From a virus (taxonomy: Duplodnaviria > Caudoviricetes), in the IMG/VR virus record IMGVR_UViG_3300042935_000900, positions 310-64,309 of that record: DNA of 64,000 nt. One strand, given 5' to 3'. A program made the position numbers and the translations under genes. Shown in pieces: positions 45,617 to 56,485 of this stretch (position 1 is its first letter; every line of letters starts with the position of its first letter). The notes beneath the pieces were generated by a model. That model was given only the letters and a program-made list of their open reading frames with translations, did not search any database and was not told where the DNA came from.

Positions 45617-48600
45617 TGAATGTTAAAAACTCTCTAAGCGGCCTAGTTCAACAATTTTTACAGATGAACCAAAATGCAATCGAAACTTTCGAGCGCATAA
45701 ATGAAGCTATTACTTCTGACAGTAAGACTGTTAAAATAGATCTTTTAAAAGAAAATAATGCCATCACTACGGTGGAAATTCCTTCTTTTGGCTATATTAC
45801 AAGAGAATTAAAAAGAATTGATGATACTGTAAAATCGTTAAGTGCATTAGGTGACGGTGCGGCTAGTATTAAATTAGCTGACGGTACTTATAGAACTTTG
45901 ATTAAAAGTAAAATTAAAACAGCTGCTCAACCAGTTACAAGTTTAAATTTACCAACACAGTTTGAAACTCAAAGCAATCTTTTCTTTGAAAGCTTTTTGT
46001 CACCATTATTAAAAATCAAATTTGATGTCTCAGGACAAATAACCGAAGATACCGAAAGAGTATTGGTTAAAAAGTATTTGATTTCTTCTAGTGAAACTGC
46101 TCTTAATTTCTTTAACACATACAAAAATTCTGAAGCAATCAATCATGGTTTATTCTTAGATGCTTTGACTTCTAGCAATATTCCTTATGAATTAGATGAA
46201 GAAGTATTACAAATGCCATATAGAGATCTTTCTTATTATGGTGATTTTTCTGTTAGTTCAGTTAGCAATGTACAAAAACCAGTTGAAGTTAATGGAGTTA
46301 CTGAAACTAAAACTATTAAGCTTTATACCTTAAATAAATTAACTTACTCTGATTCTGCTAAAACTTTGCAAGAAACAGAAACTCTTAAAATTGGCGATGA
46401 ATTAATTGTTAATAGTGGAAATGACACAACAAAGTATGCAATCGTTAATATTTTTCCTGGTACTTCACAAGTTGAATTAAGATTAGTAGAAGGATATGAA
46501 GGCGTTAAAATAGGTACTGGACAATTAAAAATTCATAAAGCTGCTAGTCTTCCTGTTGAAATTGATGTTAATATCGGTTTTGATCAAAGACTATTAATCT
46601 TTATCAAACCAATTGATCCAGATTCAAATATAGTTGCTGAAAAATGGTCACCGGGTATTGCACTTGAGACTAATGAATTAAAAATGACTGCAACTGATGG
46701 AAACATTATGACTTTAGCTGATTATTATCAAGCTGAGGTTGCAGATTTTGGTCAATTTATTAAAGCATTACAAAACGATAGAATTCCAGCTTCAATTGAG
46801 GCTGTAACTCCTGCTGCACCCGATTTGATCTCAACTAACTTTAAAGTTGTACAGATCAATACTCACTTAACTAATAATGATACGTTCACTGCTGTGCAAC
46901 AGATGTCAGCTGACAAAGTTAACGTAGTTGATAAAATCAAAAAGTTAGATGATACTATTATGGCTAAAAAAGCCACATTAGCTACAACTAAGTTTAAGTC
47001 AGATACTGAAAAATCCAAATTTGTCAATGAAATCGGATCGTTATCTGATCAAAGATTGAGTGAAACTAAATTATATTCATCTTTAGTTACTCAAATTGCA
47101 ACAACATCTCAAGATGCTTCAATTAAGAAAATTCAACCTAAGTATAGAGTTAGAGGTTTTTGGTCAATTCCAGAAGCGGCTTCTACTGCTGGTGTAAAAC
47201 CACAAGAAATCGTTAGATTTATTGTACAATATAGATATTTGTCGACAAATGGTAAAACGTCTAATATAGATCAAATTCCATTTCAGGACAAAGACAATAC
47301 TAAAACTGCGGCGTTCTCGAATTGGAATGAAGTTTTAGGACCTGTTAGAAAAAGAAGTAAGGATGCTAGTGGCAAATTCTATTGGGTTTATGACTCAGAA
47401 GAAGGTGCTGACACAGTAAACTTTAACTCTTTAGATATTGCTATTCAACCAGGAGAACAAGTACAATTTAGAATTAAATCACAATCTGAAGCAGGTTGGC
47501 CATCAAATCCAGCTGAATCAGATTACTCTGAAATTATTACTGTTAATTTCCCAGAAGGTCAAATCTCTACGTTAGATGCAATTACGATTGTTGAAAACAA
47601 TGAAAAAGAAATTGCTAAAGTTGAAATTTCAAATGAATTAGAATCACGCGGAGTTTATAAGCACGTATCAGATAGTTTTACTGCAAATGAAAAATTCTTT
47701 GCTCACCAAGCTGCTACTATTGCATCAGGATTCTTGACGCCAGAACAAAAACCAGTGAGTCTTTTTGATAAGTTATCTGAAATGACTACACAAGTTCTTA
47801 CTTTACAAGAAACTCTAGCCGGTATTAAGGGTGAATTGGCTGTTGAATTAGTAGATGAAACTGGAAATGTAACGAGAATTAGACCTAACACAGTTAATAA
47901 GATTTTTGCTGGATATTACACTGATCAAATTAAAGGATTACAAGTTCAAAAAGGTGTTGTTATCACTAAGAACTTTAAATTATTATTAAAGAACACTAGA
48001 GCTACTACATTAGAGTTAGTTGCTAGAATTACTGGAACTAGAACTTTACCAGTTTGGCATTCTTCTGCTTCAGGTTTATTTGGTACAAATCCAACTGCAA
48101 CCTCAATTGATTCTAGAGTTTTAAATGATACTTATTATACAACTGAAGGAAAATATGATAGAGTTCCTATTCAGTATCAAAATTTGGATGCAAATACACT
48201 TTTATTAACAAATAATGGTATTAAATATTTTCAAAATATTCCATATCAATCTGCACAATTAAGAGGTCAATATATCTACGGAAGATATTATAATGTTTCT
48301 GGAGAAGAGCCTCTTTATTTAGAAACAGAAGTTGGAGGTACTGTTGCTATTACTACATTAGCCACCGCTGAATTTCAATCACCAGCAACTGCAATCACAC
48401 CAACAAATGCTGGTACTGATTTTATTTGGTCTGGAGCGTGGAGTGCAATAGCATCTGGTGCTAGAACATTGCTTACTGTATCTCAATCGCCTACTACAAA
48501 TATTACTAATGCTTTATATGACGCTGGTTTATACATACACGTAGATCATCCAGTTGTACAAGATGGTAAAACAAGCACAGCATATACACTTGCAACTGTT

Positions 48601-49149
48601 CGTAATTACGTCTCTAATACTAAGACCGCTACACTTAAAGCTGACGAAGCTAATGGGAAAAAACAAACACCATATTTATGGTTATCTGCTAGTACTAGGG
48701 CGGTAAAAACCAGTTTCGGAATTTATGACCAATATGTATTGGGTGGTAAATCATGTGGTTCTTACTTATTCTTAAATCCAATTAACAAAGACAGTTTAAT
48801 TGTTGACGGAGATAATAAGTTCGGTAGAAAGAGAATTGCTGGTGGAACATCTGGTAATGCTATTTCTATAGATATTACATTCCAATATAGAATGACCGAT
48901 TATTATGGTCAAGGAACAACCGGAATAGGTAGAGTTGGTGGTATTATTACTTCTACTCTGACTAACTTAACTTATGCTAAACAAATTGGTATCGATATTT
49001 TTGATGCAGATGACGAGCAATTTTCATTTGACTTAGAAGTATTTGCTAAATATAAAGCAGAGGGTAAGAGCATTCAATCAACAGCTACTAGTCAATCTAC
49101 ATTTATTTTTAACAACAATAATTACAACGCAGCTATAACATCTGAATAA
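45616..49149 (+). CDS. large virion structural protein
   Basis: 1177 aa with FN3-like and coiled-coil segments; context. Confidence 0.6.
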   Translation: MNVKNSLSGLVQQFLQMNQNAIETFERINEAITSDSKTVKIDLLKENNAITTVEIPSFGYITRELKRIDDTVKSLSALGDGAASIKLADGTYRTLIKSKIKTAAQPVTSLNLPTQFETQSNLFFESFLSPLLKIKFDVSGQITEDTERVLVKKYLISSSETALNFFNTYKNSEAINHGLFLDALTSSNIPYELDEEVLQMPYRDLSYYGDFSVSSVSNVQKPVEVNGVTETKTIKLYTLNKLTYSDSAKTLQETETLKIGDELIVNSGNDTTKYAIVNIFPGTSQVELRLVEGYEGVKIGTGQLKIHKAASLPVEIDVNIGFDQRLLIFIKPIDPDSNIVAEKWSPGIALETNELKMTATDGNIMTLADYYQAEVADFGQFIKALQNDRIPASIEAVTPAAPDLISTNFKVVQINTHLTNNDTFTAVQQMSADKVNVVDKIKKLDDTIMAKKATLATTKFKSDTEKSKFVNEIGSLSDQRLSETKLYSSLVTQIATTSQDASIKKIQPKYRVRGFWSIPEAASTAGVKPQEIVRFIVQYRYLSTNGKTSNIDQIPFQDKDNTKTAAFSNWNEVLGPVRKRSKDASGKFYWVYDSEEGADTVNFNSLDIAIQPGEQVQFRIKSQSEAGWPSNPAESDYSEIITVNFPEGQISTLDAITIVENNEKEIAKVEISNELESRGVYKHVSDSFTANEKFFAHQAATIASGFLTPEQKPVSLFDKLSEMTTQVLTLQETLAGIKGELAVELVDETGNVTRIRPNTVNKIFAGYYTDQIKGLQVQKGVVITKNFKLLLKNTRATTLELVARITGTRTLPVWHSSASGLFGTNPTATSIDSRVLNDTYYTTEGKYDRVPIQYQNLDANTLLLTNNGIKYFQNIPYQSAQLRGQYIYGRYYNVSGEEPLYLETEVGGTVAITTLATAEFQSPATAITPTNAGTDFIWSGAWSAIASGARTLLTVSQSPTTNITNALYDAGLYIHVDHPVVQDGKTSTAYTLATVRNYVSNTKTATLKADEANGKKQTPYLWLSASTRAVKTSFGIYDQYVLGGKSCGSYLFLNPINKDSLIVDGDNKFGRKRIAGGTSGNAISIDITFQYRMTDYYGQGTTGIGRVGGIITSTLTNLTYAKQIGIDIFDADDEQFSFDLEVFAKYKAEGKSIQSTATSQSTFIFNNNNYNAAITSE

Positions 49150-49172
49150 TATTTACAGTCTCTGTTAAACAA

Positions 49173-49180
49173 GATATATA
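49173..49180 (+). promoter_or_regulatory. late-type promoter GATATATA
   Basis: Intergenic, upstream of 49209. Confidence 0.7.
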
Positions 49181-49208
49181 GCAGAGATAGTAAAATAATA
49201 TATTCAGA

Positions 49209-52200
49209 ATGTCTACAACGTTAAATTATAAATTTGATCTTTCAACTGATTTGGAAGATAAATCATTTGCATTACTTAGAACCAATCCAAGGCTTTCTGG
49301 TAATAACAAGATTGTCGTGACAAATGGTGGAGAGATTTACCTAGAGACTATTGATGCAAATACACAACTTGCTAGCTCTAGATATAAAAAGCATAGGTTA
49401 TCAAAAGATGGAGATTATTCTTTTGACCTTGCAGCCTTTTATAATAACAACGCAACTCCTTATGATTTAATTTATGACGTTAAAAGAGAAGTTCCAAACG
49501 ATCTTACAGCCTTTAATGATTATGAATTTCAATATGAAGACACATACAGATACGGAGCTGGCATAAGCTATTCTAAATTATACGACGAAACATTTAAGAT
49601 CTTTGTACCATTCTGGTTAGAAAAGAAAGTTCCTACTAAATTTGTTATTTACAGACTTAATGGCGTTACAAATGACGGAGCTACAACTTCTGAAAAAGTA
49701 GTTAATATGCTTAAAAATGCAGACATTGTCAAAGTCTTTGATATGTCAAATGATTCAGAATTGGGTGCTTATTTAAGAAAACATGCTAATAATGAAAACT
49801 TTCCCAACTCTGCTATCGTAGCAAACTTTAATAAAAATGAGAACTTCTTATATAGAGGTATTGATTTAAAGAATGGTGGTTTTATAACTAAGCCTGAATA
49901 TATTTTTGATGATATAGTTGGATATGATAATGCAATTATTAATGTAAATGAATATATTACAGATGGCTTAAAAAGAAATGCTATCATTTCTGCTAATCTT
50001 ATTAATTTAGAATTTCAATTTAATGATCCTAGCGTGGATCCCTATGAAATCAATCGTTATTTTGGTTTATTCGTTGATGAAATCGAAGAAGGTAAATTGA
50101 ATGTTAAAAATCTAGTTCATAATAACTTAACTGCTACTCAATACGAAAATTACTATGATTTAAGTGCATTTTCATTTCTAGATAGTACTAACTTTGCTTT
50201 ACCAAGATATGAAGATTTTGATGATGCTACATTAGGTTATGTGACTTCAAAGAAAGGTTATCATAACATAAAGAATGGAAATAGATGGGAAGTTGGAAAA
50301 ATTCCATTAGGTGGTTTAAGCGGTGTTACATTTGCTGATTTTGATGGTTTTGAAAAACAAGACTTTACATTAAGAGCAGATGAATTTAAAGGGCCAGATT
50401 TTGATAGAATTAGATTTGCCATTAATAGCGACTCAGTTCCCACAAACGGTGATAAGCTAGCCCTTACTAGATTACAAAAACAGGTTTGGAAGTTTAACTT
50501 TACAACTTTAAGCTTAACAGAAAGTGTAACTATTACTATATCAGATGGTATTACAACTGATTCGTTATCATTTAATACTGGACTTTCTATGTCAGCTGCT
50601 CTTACTAATTTTAAGATACAATGGGATTTACAAAGCGGTACATTATTTAATAATTATGAGGTTGTTATCGAAGGTGATACTTTAATCGCTAATGAAACTA
50701 TAAATACTCTAATAGTTAATGACTTATCATATTCTGCCACTGTCAGTAAAATGAAGATAAAAGCTGGAGCAGATCATATTGATCTTAACAAATATATTAT
50801 TTCTGCGGATTCTTCGTTAACGAAAGGAACAACAAATGGCAATTACTTTTCGTGTTTAGGTAGTTTAGAAGATGTAGCTTATGCTATTGAATCATGTTTA
50901 AAACAGTTCAGTAATGAATTTAAAGTCTCTAGAGACAAATCGATTATTACAGTAACAAGTAACATATCAAGATTCCGATACCCTAACCTGGCGCTCCTAA
51001 GCTTCTCAGCTAATGTCATGACACTAGATCTATATGATGGTTACATAGATACTAATAATTATTTAAACACATCAATTTCTGGAACCGTTGTACATGGTTT
51101 AACTGGAGGTCACGCTGCTAATAAAGCATTTTTAATCAATTTGGAAGATTTCGAGTCTGGTAAAATTATTGTCGGAGACTATATAGGTTTACAATCATTA
51201 AATGAGTATGCTATTGTATTAGACATTGTAAAATACAATGATTCTTATGCTAAAGTTATAGTTGATTGTAAAAAACCATTAGCTATTAGAAAATCAGCTA
51301 ATGTTTATAAAAAGTATTATCCAACTATTGGTAAATTCTCAGCATATTCTATTAAAGATTTTGACTTTGATTTTTACAGCACTACTTACTCTGATCCTTA
51401 TGAATTAAAATTAGAAAGTATTAATTACATGGATCCTAATGCTCTTTTAGTACCGCAAGATTCTAGTAAGATATTTAATTATGGTCTACCCGAAGTCCCT
51501 AAGATTATTTTTGAAGGTACTTTTAATAATGATTTTTATTATAATTCTAATCCATTAGATTTCTTTGGATTTTTATTACCGTCGCTTGAAGCTGAAGATT
51601 CTTCTATTATTAATACTATTGATCCTTTAACAGAATACGATAGACTTCAAGAAAACTATAATTCTAGTTTGTTTTCAAAATCAAGAGTAGTACCTTATAT
51701 TAATAAGTTCTCATTAAAAGATGCTGTAAATGTTAGAGAAACACCATACTCATTAAACGTATCAGAGGCTTTTGGTAAAACAAATTTTGCAGCTGATATT
51801 GAAGTTGAAGGTCGCATAGCACAAAATATGACTCATGAATGGTTTTATATAGATAAGTTTCCTATTTATGGTGGTCCGACTAATGCAGAGAATACGCTTA
51901 ACGAAATATATCCGGAAGAAGTCTTTAGCTATTTAAACTTTGACGCACAACAAATTAATCAAACATTAAGTTTATCAGATTTTAATGATGTAACTACAAA
52001 TGTTTTTGATAAGTTTATGGTCTATGATGGATATGCATATAATGTTAGTAATACTGATCCAGTTGGTTTAAGATATTACGATGCACATCCAACACCTAAA
52101 TACTCTTTATTTAAAGATGGATCAAATGAAACTTTTGCTAAAACTAATTTTAGAGGACTACAATTTACAATTAAAGAGCGTAAAGAGTCTAATGAAATTA

Positions 52201-54050
52201 TACCTACAGAATTTAATGTTTCAAATAAATATAATTCTTACAAGTTTGCAGCAACACTTTTATCTACTGTATCACAAAGCGAACAACAAGATATGTTTGT
52301 TAAAGTTATAGTTAATGAAAAATTTAAAACAGTATCGTTATTATTAAATTTGCATTTACAAGAAAAATTAATAACATATATAAACAGAAGAGTTCTTTAC
52401 GAACTAAGAGGTAGATATGCTGATTCAACTGTCGGAGTTTCTGATAATACCATATTGACTGGCTATTTAGATCTTTTAAATATAACAGGAACTGGGCCAT
52501 CTGGAACTGGGCCATATATACTAAAGGGTATTGGTACTCAATTTACTACACAAATCACATTAAATAACAAAAGTATTTATGAAAAAGTACGTGTGATTTT
52601 ACCAGCGGGTTCATCCACATCTAATATGTGTTTATCTATTACGTCAGTTATAGATGATAATACATTATTACTTAGTGAGTTACCAACAGAATTTGTTGGA
52701 ATTTCTTGTACTAGTTCTATTGCAGATCTATCTAATCTAACATTTAATCAAATTATTAGTGCAGATTATAGTTATTTAAACGGTGGTCAAAATGCACACG
52801 GAGAAGTCTTATCTAAATTATCAGCAAAATATATTCATGAATTATTAGAAACAAACAATACTAACGACGTTGAATATATTACTATAAAAGAAGACGGCAC
52901 ATTAGCATACAATCAATTTATATTAAATATTGATGATGGTGTAGATGTTTACAAACCTACGGTTTTGACAGTGTCTGAGAATACTAAAATTCCTTCTTCA
53001 TTTAGAAAAAGTACTAGTGCTGTTGGTTACAATCTAGCAAATAGATCAAATCCTTATATTACACATCTTAAGAGATTAAATGGATCTTACAATCCAACAT
53101 TTGCAGATGTTATAGATTTTTATAATCCTTACAATAAATATAAAGTATTTTTAAATGAGGATGTAAGTAATATAAGCGCGCATGTTGCAAGAGAAATGAT
53201 TTTTAATCAAAAACTTTTTAGAAGTGGTATAACTTTTATGACTAATAGAAAAGACTATGGTGTTATAAAGAATTTGTTTTATCACAAAGTTAACGAGATT
53301 AATCAATCTACTATTACTAAATTATCTCCAACAACAGCTCTTAAGCCAGTTTATCCGTTGATAAACGAGGTCGTAATAGACAAGAAAGACGTTAATGTAT
53401 TTACAAGCAACTTTGAAAATGGATATTATACAAGATCTTTAGCAAACGGTGGATCACAATTAGTTCCTGGAACAAAATCACCTGCTTCTAAAAAATCATT
53501 TATGTCTTCAACAGCAATGCAACCACAAAGAAATTTATATCTAACAAAATTTAGTACTGTTAATGTTGCTTCTTTAAAAGATCTAAATACAATAAGAGAT
53601 CTTGATTCTCAATATGATGAATCATCAACTCAAACTATTGTTTTTGAAACTAAAGATCAAGTCTTTATTGATTTTTATAATCAAAATGTTATTGTAGATG
53701 AATTGTTAGAAGCTGGATTATTATCAACTATTAAAAAGTATGTTAGTCCATCTGAAAGTTTTGGAGATTTAACAACAATACAAGATGATGCAAGACAATA
53801 TGCTCTTAAGAATTTGAATCCTCTTTATAAGATCGAATCTTTACAGTTGTTTGTTAAGCAAATCAATAATGTAGCTTCTAGTATTGCGAGTAAGAATTCT
53901 CCGGAAGAAGTTTTAGCTTCTGATTATACAGAAGATGGTAATTTTACCTATCAATTACACGCTAACAAGCCTTTTAATTTGAGGCTAATATATAACAAAA
54001 GAGTGGGATATACTTATAGTATATTGCCTATAATAAAAATAAGCATATAA
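49209..54050 (+). CDS. very large virion structural protein
   Basis: 1613 aa; function from context only. Confidence 0.6.
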   Translation: MSTTLNYKFDLSTDLEDKSFALLRTNPRLSGNNKIVVTNGGEIYLETIDANTQLASSRYKKHRLSKDGDYSFDLAAFYNNNATPYDLIYDVKREVPNDLTAFNDYEFQYEDTYRYGAGISYSKLYDETFKIFVPFWLEKKVPTKFVIYRLNGVTNDGATTSEKVVNMLKNADIVKVFDMSNDSELGAYLRKHANNENFPNSAIVANFNKNENFLYRGIDLKNGGFITKPEYIFDDIVGYDNAIINVNEYITDGLKRNAIISANLINLEFQFNDPSVDPYEINRYFGLFVDEIEEGKLNVKNLVHNNLTATQYENYYDLSAFSFLDSTNFALPRYEDFDDATLGYVTSKKGYHNIKNGNRWEVGKIPLGGLSGVTFADFDGFEKQDFTLRADEFKGPDFDRIRFAINSDSVPTNGDKLALTRLQKQVWKFNFTTLSLTESVTITISDGITTDSLSFNTGLSMSAALTNFKIQWDLQSGTLFNNYEVVIEGDTLIANETINTLIVNDLSYSATVSKMKIKAGADHIDLNKYIISADSSLTKGTTNGNYFSCLGSLEDVAYAIESCLKQFSNEFKVSRDKSIITVTSNISRFRYPNLALLSFSANVMTLDLYDGYIDTNNYLNTSISGTVVHGLTGGHAANKAFLINLEDFESGKIIVGDYIGLQSLNEYAIVLDIVKYNDSYAKVIVDCKKPLAIRKSANVYKKYYPTIGKFSAYSIKDFDFDFYSTTYSDPYELKLESINYMDPNALLVPQDSSKIFNYGLPEVPKIIFEGTFNNDFYYNSNPLDFFGFLLPSLEAEDSSIINTIDPLTEYDRLQENYNSSLFSKSRVVPYINKFSLKDAVNVRETPYSLNVSEAFGKTNFAADIEVEGRIAQNMTHEWFYIDKFPIYGGPTNAENTLNEIYPEEVFSYLNFDAQQINQTLSLSDFNDVTTNVFDKFMVYDGYAYNVSNTDPVGLRYYDAHPTPKYSLFKDGSNETFAKTNFRGLQFTIKERKESNEIIPTEFNVSNKYNSYKFAATLLSTVSQSEQQDMFVKVIVNEKFKTVSLLLNLHLQEKLITYINRRVLYELRGRYADSTVGVSDNTILTGYLDLLNITGTGPSGTGPYILKGIGTQFTTQITLNNKSIYEKVRVILPAGSSTSNMCLSITSVIDDNTLLLSELPTEFVGISCTSSIADLSNLTFNQIISADYSYLNGGQNAHGEVLSKLSAKYIHELLETNNTNDVEYITIKEDGTLAYNQFILNIDDGVDVYKPTVLTVSENTKIPSSFRKSTSAVGYNLANRSNPYITHLKRLNGSYNPTFADVIDFYNPYNKYKVFLNEDVSNISAHVAREMIFNQKLFRSGITFMTNRKDYGVIKNLFYHKVNEINQSTITKLSPTTALKPVYPLINEVVIDKKDVNVFTSNFENGYYTRSLANGGSQLVPGTKSPASKKSFMSSTAMQPQRNLYLTKFSTVNVASLKDLNTIRDLDSQYDESSTQTIVFETKDQVFIDFYNQNVIVDELLEAGLLSTIKKYVSPSESFGDLTTIQDDARQYALKNLNPLYKIESLQLFVKQINNVASSIASKNSPEEVLASDYTEDGNFTYQLHANKPFNLRLIYNKRVGYTYSILPIIKISI

Positions 54051-54051
54051 G

Positions 54052-55659
54052 ATGTCAATTAACATCAAAGAAATTTTTCAGTCAGATAATCTATCTACTT
54101 CACAAGATAAGATTAACTATAATTTTGACCAGATCTTAGCAAACGGTGGTGGATCACAAGGTTTAAAAGGAGATAAGGGCTCAACTGGTGCAATAGGCAG
54201 CATTGGACCCAAAGGTAGTAAAGGTGAAGTAGGTGGAACAGGTGCTAAAGGTAGTACAGGTGCTGATGGATATTGGACTCTAGAAAGTTATACTAGCGGT
54301 ATTCCACTTGATGATCAACATACTCTTTTACCAAAAATTGAGCCAGTATCTGGTGCCAAGGGTTATAAACCAACTAATTTGGTATTAGGTGTTGATGATG
54401 CTTTATATACGTTAGATGCTATTGATAAAAATGCTCTAGTTAGTTTAGTGAGCGGAAAAGGTAGTGCTGATTGGGATGATTTAATTAGAATAAGAATAAG
54501 AAATAATGATGGCACATTTAATGCTACATCTGCTGTAGTTAGATTAATTCCTGGTACAGGAGGTGCTAAATTAAAAATAGCAACTATTGACGGAAATAAC
54601 AGTTTTGAACTTGCCTCTAATAGAATAGACTTAGTAGGTAATGATACATCATTAATAGATGGAAATGGTTTAACAAAACTTAGAATAACTAATTCCTTTA
54701 ATGAAGCGGCTGGTACATGGAATTTCTTAACTGGTAGTTCAATTAATATTGCCGCAAACGGCACTGCTATAACTCTTAAAAATGATGGCAACTCTAGTTT
54801 ATTAGGTAATAATATTTTTGGAGCTACTGGCAAAACTAATCAAATTACTGGTACAACTAATACAATTACTGGTACAAATATAGTTACCGGAGCTGAGTTT
54901 AGAATTAACCCAACTGGTGCTTCACCGGCTCTTAATAAAGTATTAGTTGCGCAAGATACTAATGGTAAAGCTCTTTGGAAAAACCCAACAGAAGTAATGG
55001 GAATGTACCCAATTGGAACTATTGTATTTGTCAATCCTGCTGATATTATAGATACTTATTTTAGTATTACTAATTATTTATATCCTTCGCTTTTAGAAAA
55101 TGCATCAGACTCTTATCAATTTTTTGGAAGAGGAAAATCGGGCACTAGATGGGGAGGTTGGTATCTTTTGTTTGGACAAACTAACGCATGGTATAACGTT
55201 TCTACATTAATTAGTTATGTGCCAACAAATATTCCAGGAAGTTTATTAATGGGAGCATCAGCTCCTGATAATACAGACCTGCCTGGTGATACTTATACAC
55301 TCGATGGAGATTTTAAATCTTCTATGGGTACTCAAGGTTATAATCCACCAGTTGGATATGGTACTTCTTATCAACCTACTCTTAGAGGAGATTATACAGG
55401 CGTGGGTTCTCAAGGAGTTATAGGAACAGGAACGTTAACTAATGTAGGCGATTTATTAACTCAATTTGGTTCAAGTGCTAGTGTTTACGATGTATTAGAC
55501 GGTGCTGAAATCATTGACGGTGCGGGAAGCAGTTCTGTCAATGGTTATAGTATTCATCCTCATCCCAATTTTCATCCGTTACCGATGGCCGTTTATTTAG
55601 GCAGAACTGATTTAATATATGATTATAGTGCAGGTAGTTCTGAAGAAAATGATGTATAA
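54052..55659 (+). CDS. tail fibre-like protein with a short Lys-rich collagen segment
   Basis: KINYNF N-terminus; 13 Gly-X-Y triplets at 54151-54270; YPIGTIV collar-like motif. Confidence 0.65.
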   Translation: MSINIKEIFQSDNLSTSQDKINYNFDQILANGGGSQGLKGDKGSTGAIGSIGPKGSKGEVGGTGAKGSTGADGYWTLESYTSGIPLDDQHTLLPKIEPVSGAKGYKPTNLVLGVDDALYTLDAIDKNALVSLVSGKGSADWDDLIRIRIRNNDGTFNATSAVVRLIPGTGGAKLKIATIDGNNSFELASNRIDLVGNDTSLIDGNGLTKLRITNSFNEAAGTWNFLTGSSINIAANGTAITLKNDGNSSLLGNNIFGATGKTNQITGTTNTITGTNIVTGAEFRINPTGASPALNKVLVAQDTNGKALWKNPTEVMGMYPIGTIVFVNPADIIDTYFSITNYLYPSLLENASDSYQFFGRGKSGTRWGGWYLLFGQTNAWYNVSTLISYVPTNIPGSLLMGASAPDNTDLPGDTYTLDGDFKSSMGTQGYNPPVGYGTSYQPTLRGDYTGVGSQGVIGTGTLTNVGDLLTQFGSSASVYDVLDGAEIIDGAGSSSVNGYSIHPHPNFHPLPMAVYLGRTDLIYDYSAGSSEENDV

Positions 55660-55673
55660 GATTAATTTAAAAG

Positions 55674-56471
55674 ATGTTTAAGAAAATAGAAATAAAACCC
55701 ATTCATTTTGTAGCAGTAATCTTAGTCTTGATTATTCTAATGATGGGACAGTGCTCGAGAATTTCAGGCTTAAAGGCTGAAAGAACGGCTCTTGAAACAA
55801 AAATCACTAGAGTTGAGAATAACATCTTAGCTTCAAATGATTCTGTGACTTTCTATAAAAATAAACAGGACTATTATATTTCTCAGATCAGTGGATTTGA
55901 AAAGACAAAACAAGAATTGTTAGATGACAAGGATCAAGCTTATCAAAAGTATGTTGGTGTTTTGGATCTTAACAAAAAACTTAAAGGAGTTAATAACTTA
56001 TTACAAACTCAAATTACCGTAAAGGATTCTATTATCAATTCAATGATGATAGTCACTAATAATTATGATGGTACTTCTACTATTACATTAGCAGACGACA
56101 AAGATTTTGGTGATAACAACTGGAGAAGATTTAAAGGCAGTGTTGTAGTAAAAAGACAAGCAGATGCTTTAACATCCCTAAGTTCTAATTTCTTATACGA
56201 ACAAAATATTATGCTATACAGTAGTTTAGAAACTATTGATGGCAGAAAGAAAATCAAAATAGCCACAAAATATCCTGGCATCAATTTTAATACTATTGAA
56301 AATATCAGCGTCATCGAGGACGAGTTAAATAAGGTATCTGAAAATAAGAAGATGAAATTTGGTGTTAGTATGGGAGTTATGTATGGAGCAGCTATTATCG
56401 GCAATCAAGTTTACTTGGCACCGATGGTTGGTTTTGGCTTTACAATAACACCTAAATGGTTACAATTTTAA
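55674..56471 (+). CDS. membrane-anchored coiled-coil protein (possible spanin)
   Basis: N-terminal TM ending in GQC, coiled coil and hydrophobic C-terminus. Confidence 0.45.
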   Translation: MFKKIEIKPIHFVAVILVLIILMMGQCSRISGLKAERTALETKITRVENNILASNDSVTFYKNKQDYYISQISGFEKTKQELLDDKDQAYQKYVGVLDLNKKLKGVNNLLQTQITVKDSIINSMMIVTNNYDGTSTITLADDKDFGDNNWRRFKGSVVVKRQADALTSLSSNFLYEQNIMLYSSLETIDGRKKIKIATKYPGINFNTIENISVIEDELNKVSENKKMKFGVSMGVMYGAAIIGNQVYLAPMVGFGFTITPKWLQF

Positions 56472-56485
56472 AATAGAATAAAAAA

